A stretch of 64,000 nucleotides of DNA from Zootoca vivipara. Lineage: Eukaryota. Shown piece after piece: positions 37,727-64,000 of this stretch. The stretch's first letter is position 1; the number at the start of each line of letters is the position of its first letter. Position numbers and translations under genes: made by a program. The notes below the pieces were generated by a model. That model saw only the letters and a list, made by a program, of their open reading frames with translations. It was not told the origin of the DNA and did not search any database. Location: the NCBI RefSeq assembly GCF_963506605.1, contig NC_083288.1:49290001-49354000 (forward strand), in the 5' to 3' direction.

Positions 37727-38134
37727 GTTGACCTTTGTATTGTTTCATTTTGAAATCGTTAAGATAACCAATGCTTTTTTTTCTTAAAAAATGTTTAGGG
37801 GTACTCTCATTTTGACTCAAGGAAATCACCATTTTATAGTTCACAAAATGTTTAGGGGTATGCGTACCCCTGTGTGTCCCCAGAAAAAGAGCACTGAAGA
37901 TAATGTTCTAGTTTTCTGTTCAGTGCTCTTTTTCTGGAGGCACGCAGGGGTATGCATATTCCTAAACATTTTGTGAATTTTTGTCCATTTACTGTATTTA
38001 TTTTTCCCGATTTGAACTATAAAATGGTGGTTTCCTTTAGTCAAAACGAGAGTAACTCCTAATCATTTTTTCCAGGAAAAAAAGCATTGGTTATCTTAAC
38101 CATTTCAAAATGAATCAATACAAAGGAGGTCAAC
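37727..38134. repeat. ~400-bp fold-back (palindromic) element
   Basis: Arms gttgacc...aaaagagcactgaa / ttcagtgctctttt...ggtcaac, loop ~37899-37918; related half at ~14135-14265. Confidence 0.8.
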
Positions 38135-38399
38135 ATATTTAATACAAAGTTAACAAACAAACAAAATCTTAAACATTTTTAAAGGGGGGGGGAGGCCAAC
38201 CCGGGAATTTCTTCTTTGCCACGGTTCTGTACAGTAGCTCCTATTTTCCTTTCCGATCCCAAATATGACCTAAACCCATTCAGTTTTGTCATTCGCTAAC
38301 AGACTCCCGACACCTCAAATCTAAGAGAACCCGACAACTCTTCGCAACAGGTACACCTCTGCACTCTGGCGTACGTCTATGCGCTGACGGTGGGGGTGG

Positions 38400-38610
38400 G
38401 TGGGTGGTCCTGACGTCATCGCGCACGCTGCCTCGGCCCGTCCGTGTGCTGTATTCCCCCCTCCCACCTCACTTGTGGTGCCCGGATTGGCGCGGCGGAT
38501 TTGAACTTTGTAAGCTGAGGGAAAGGAGCGGCGGAGGCGGTGTCTCCGCGAGGCGAGGCGGTTGACAGGCCGGCCTAGGAGAAGGCCGCGCGCGAGAGGA
38601 GAAGAGGGTA
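38400..38610 (+). promoter_or_regulatory. KIF4A promoter and non-coding exon 1
   Basis: CRE TGACGTCA 38411-38418; ATTGG 38486-38490; CDE CGCGG 38491-38495 + 4 nt + CHR TTTGAA 38500-38505; donor gg|gtaacg 38608. Confidence 0.8.
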
Positions 38611-39116
38611 ACGGTCGCTTGCGGGGGTGGGGGGTGGGGACGGGCAAGGTCCCAGGACAGTACAAAGCTTCCCCCCAGCCCCGCTTAAAACCCTTTCGGT
38701 CCCCTTCCCCGCCTTTATCCTTCCACAAAGCGCCACTTCGGGTGACCGTTGCTTTTAAATTCCCAAATTGCCCCTTGGACGCCTCTTTATTCTTATTCTT
38801 CCCCCGAGGCTAGGTTCTCCTTCCTTGCCCCTCCCCCCGGCCCCGTTTGTATCCTCGCAACAACAACCCTGCGAGTGAGGCTCAGGCCGAGGGGGGGCCG
38901 CCCCTCCCCGCTTCTCCTCCCCACCCCCCATCTTCGCAAGGTGCACTAAGCGGGCGGGGGTTGGGAACTTCTGTGGCACAACAAACCTGCGAGGGGGGCT
39001 TTGGCGGCCGCCCTGCTCCCCTCCCCCTACGATGTCCTCTAAGCGAGCTTCAGGGCTGGATCCTTGGAGGTTTTTAAGCAGAGGTGGGATAACCACCTGC
39101 CGTGGATGCTTTAGTT

Positions 39117-39301
39117 CAGGCATATCCAACAGGTAGATCGTGATCTACCGTGTTCCCCCGAAAAAAAGACACTGTCTTATATTTATTTTTCCTCAAGAAG
39201 ACACACTATGGCTTATTTCCAGGGGATGTCTTATTTTTTAATTACGCGTCCAGCCTCACCTCTTCCATGGCGCCCTCCAGAACTGCACCTATCACTATGC
39301 C

Positions 39302-39348
<47 letters not shown>

Positions 39349-39636
39349 GTTGCGCAAATGCTTAGAAATCCTGCTACTGCTTATTTTATGGGTATGTCTT
39401 ACTTTTGGGGAAACAGGGTACCGATAGATCACTGGACGTCTGCGGTAGATCACGGGTAGATCATTGGTTCCCCCCAAAGAAGGTGAACAACTGTGGCTTC
39501 CCTAAAAAAGCTCAACATTTTACCTCCTTCCTAAAAAAAAGCTCAACAACTTTGACCTGCCAAAAAGGGGGAGTAGATCACTGCCATTTTTAACTCTGTG
39601 AGTAGATCACAGTCTCTTGGGAGTTGGCCACCCCTG
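39117..39636. mobile_element. hAT MITE with nested mariner MITE (39148-39418) carrying (TAT)n
   Basis: caggcatatccaac...gttggccacccctg; flanking tttagtt repeat; inner TA TSD. Confidence 0.7.
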
Positions 39637-40142
39637 TTTAGTTGATATTCCGGCATTGCAGGGGGTTGGGCTAGATAGATGACCCTTGGGGGTCCCTTCC
39701 AACCCTACCATTCAATGATTCTATAACAGCCCTGTGAGGGAGGCTCAGGCTGGGAGGTGGCAGCAGCTGCCAAGGTCCCCAAAAACGTTTCATGGGTGAG
39801 TGGAGACTTCTTGAATCAGGGTTGTGCTGGTTGTGCTACTCTAATGTTTTTATTTGAGTATTTTGGTGTGTGGGTGTGGGTGTCCCCCCCGCTTTTTGCA
39901 TTTCTATTTATTGTCTATATGTGTGAGCATTGTGCTTCAATGTACGTGTTAGAGATTTCACTCTTATTGTAAACCATTTTGAGAAGTTTTATATATAAGT
40001 GGACTTTAAATGATTAACCCTAAATAAAAAAAATATATTACATTAGGTTCAGAAGCAGTTTGCCGCAAATCAAAACTGGTGGTATTTTCCAGTGAGCTAA
40101 TGCTTTTTAACTTTTGAATTTCTTTTAGGAAGATAACATAAA

Positions 40143-63426
<23,284 letters not shown>

Positions 63427-63597
63427 GTGTGTGTCCTGCCGGTGGGGTGGGGCGGAGAAGCAAGGCAGGGTGTCTGCGTGCGACAGCGCTTGTTTGTATG
63501 GCTGGTCCATCCCATCACCTGAAAGATAAAGCTGGGTATGGATTAGAAGCACGAGTCAAAATACATTACAGCTCTTAGTGGCTGCCTTAATGTTCAT

Positions 63598-63815
63598 GAC
63601 AGCGTGGTGTAATGGTTAGGGTGTCAGAGTAGGACCTGGGAGACCAGGGTTCAAATCCCCACTCAGCCATGAAGCTCACTGGGTGTCCTTGGATATCAGT
63701 CACTGGCTCTCAGCCTAAACTACCTCGCAGGGTTGTTGTGGGGATTAAATGAGGAGAGGGCAGGACCACGTACAGCTCCTTGGAAGAAAAGTTGGAATAG
63801 GAATGCAGCAAATAA
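63598..63815 (+). mobile_element. tRNA-derived SINE (Squam3-like)
   Basis: A box gtggtgtaatggttagg, B box ggttcaaatcc, body as 51250-51625. Confidence 0.75.
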
Positions 63816-64000
63816 GTAAAAAGGCTTGTCTCTGATCCCCAAATTACATTGCTTGAGAAAATCACTAACCTCGACCAGGTGGGCTTTGGGTTCCAACTTC
63901 CATCAGCTGCAGCCAACCTGGCCTGATCGTTTTTTTGTGCGGCTGTCTTCGTTCCACAACTTGAGTGAGGCAGAAATGGTGAGCTTGTCTTCTTCGGTTC

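Noticed and set aside
39150-39477. Poly-Leu/Tyr/Ile ORFs (also poly-Leu at 59666-59998)
   Set aside because: Translations of microsatellites

Overview
Vertebrate genomic DNA, almost certainly a squamate reptile (BovB, Squam3-like SINEs, CR1/L2/L1, Penelope, hAT and mariner MITEs), possibly a lacertid. Left part (1-24.4 kb): edge of a replication-dependent histone cluster (2x H2B, H4, H3.2, a frameshifted H1, no H2A) interleaved with 8 intact tRNA genes and 2 tRNA pseudogenes. A 200-N gap there is flanked by a probable false duplication. Right part: complete PDZD11 CDS (- strand, 6 coding exons, 146 aa) head-to-head with KIF4A (+ strand, 26 coding exons read, 3' end beyond the window). The most striking non-gene signal is a family of Penelope-like terminal repeats carrying a minimal type I hammerhead ribozyme (GUAU-CUGAAGA-A-GUGUGCAUGCACAC-GAAA-GCUC^AUAC). 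It occurs in long elements, in a fold-back element, and as tiny TSD-flanked insertions, one inside an H2B promoter. All calls come from reading the sequence by eye; no searches or folding programs were run.
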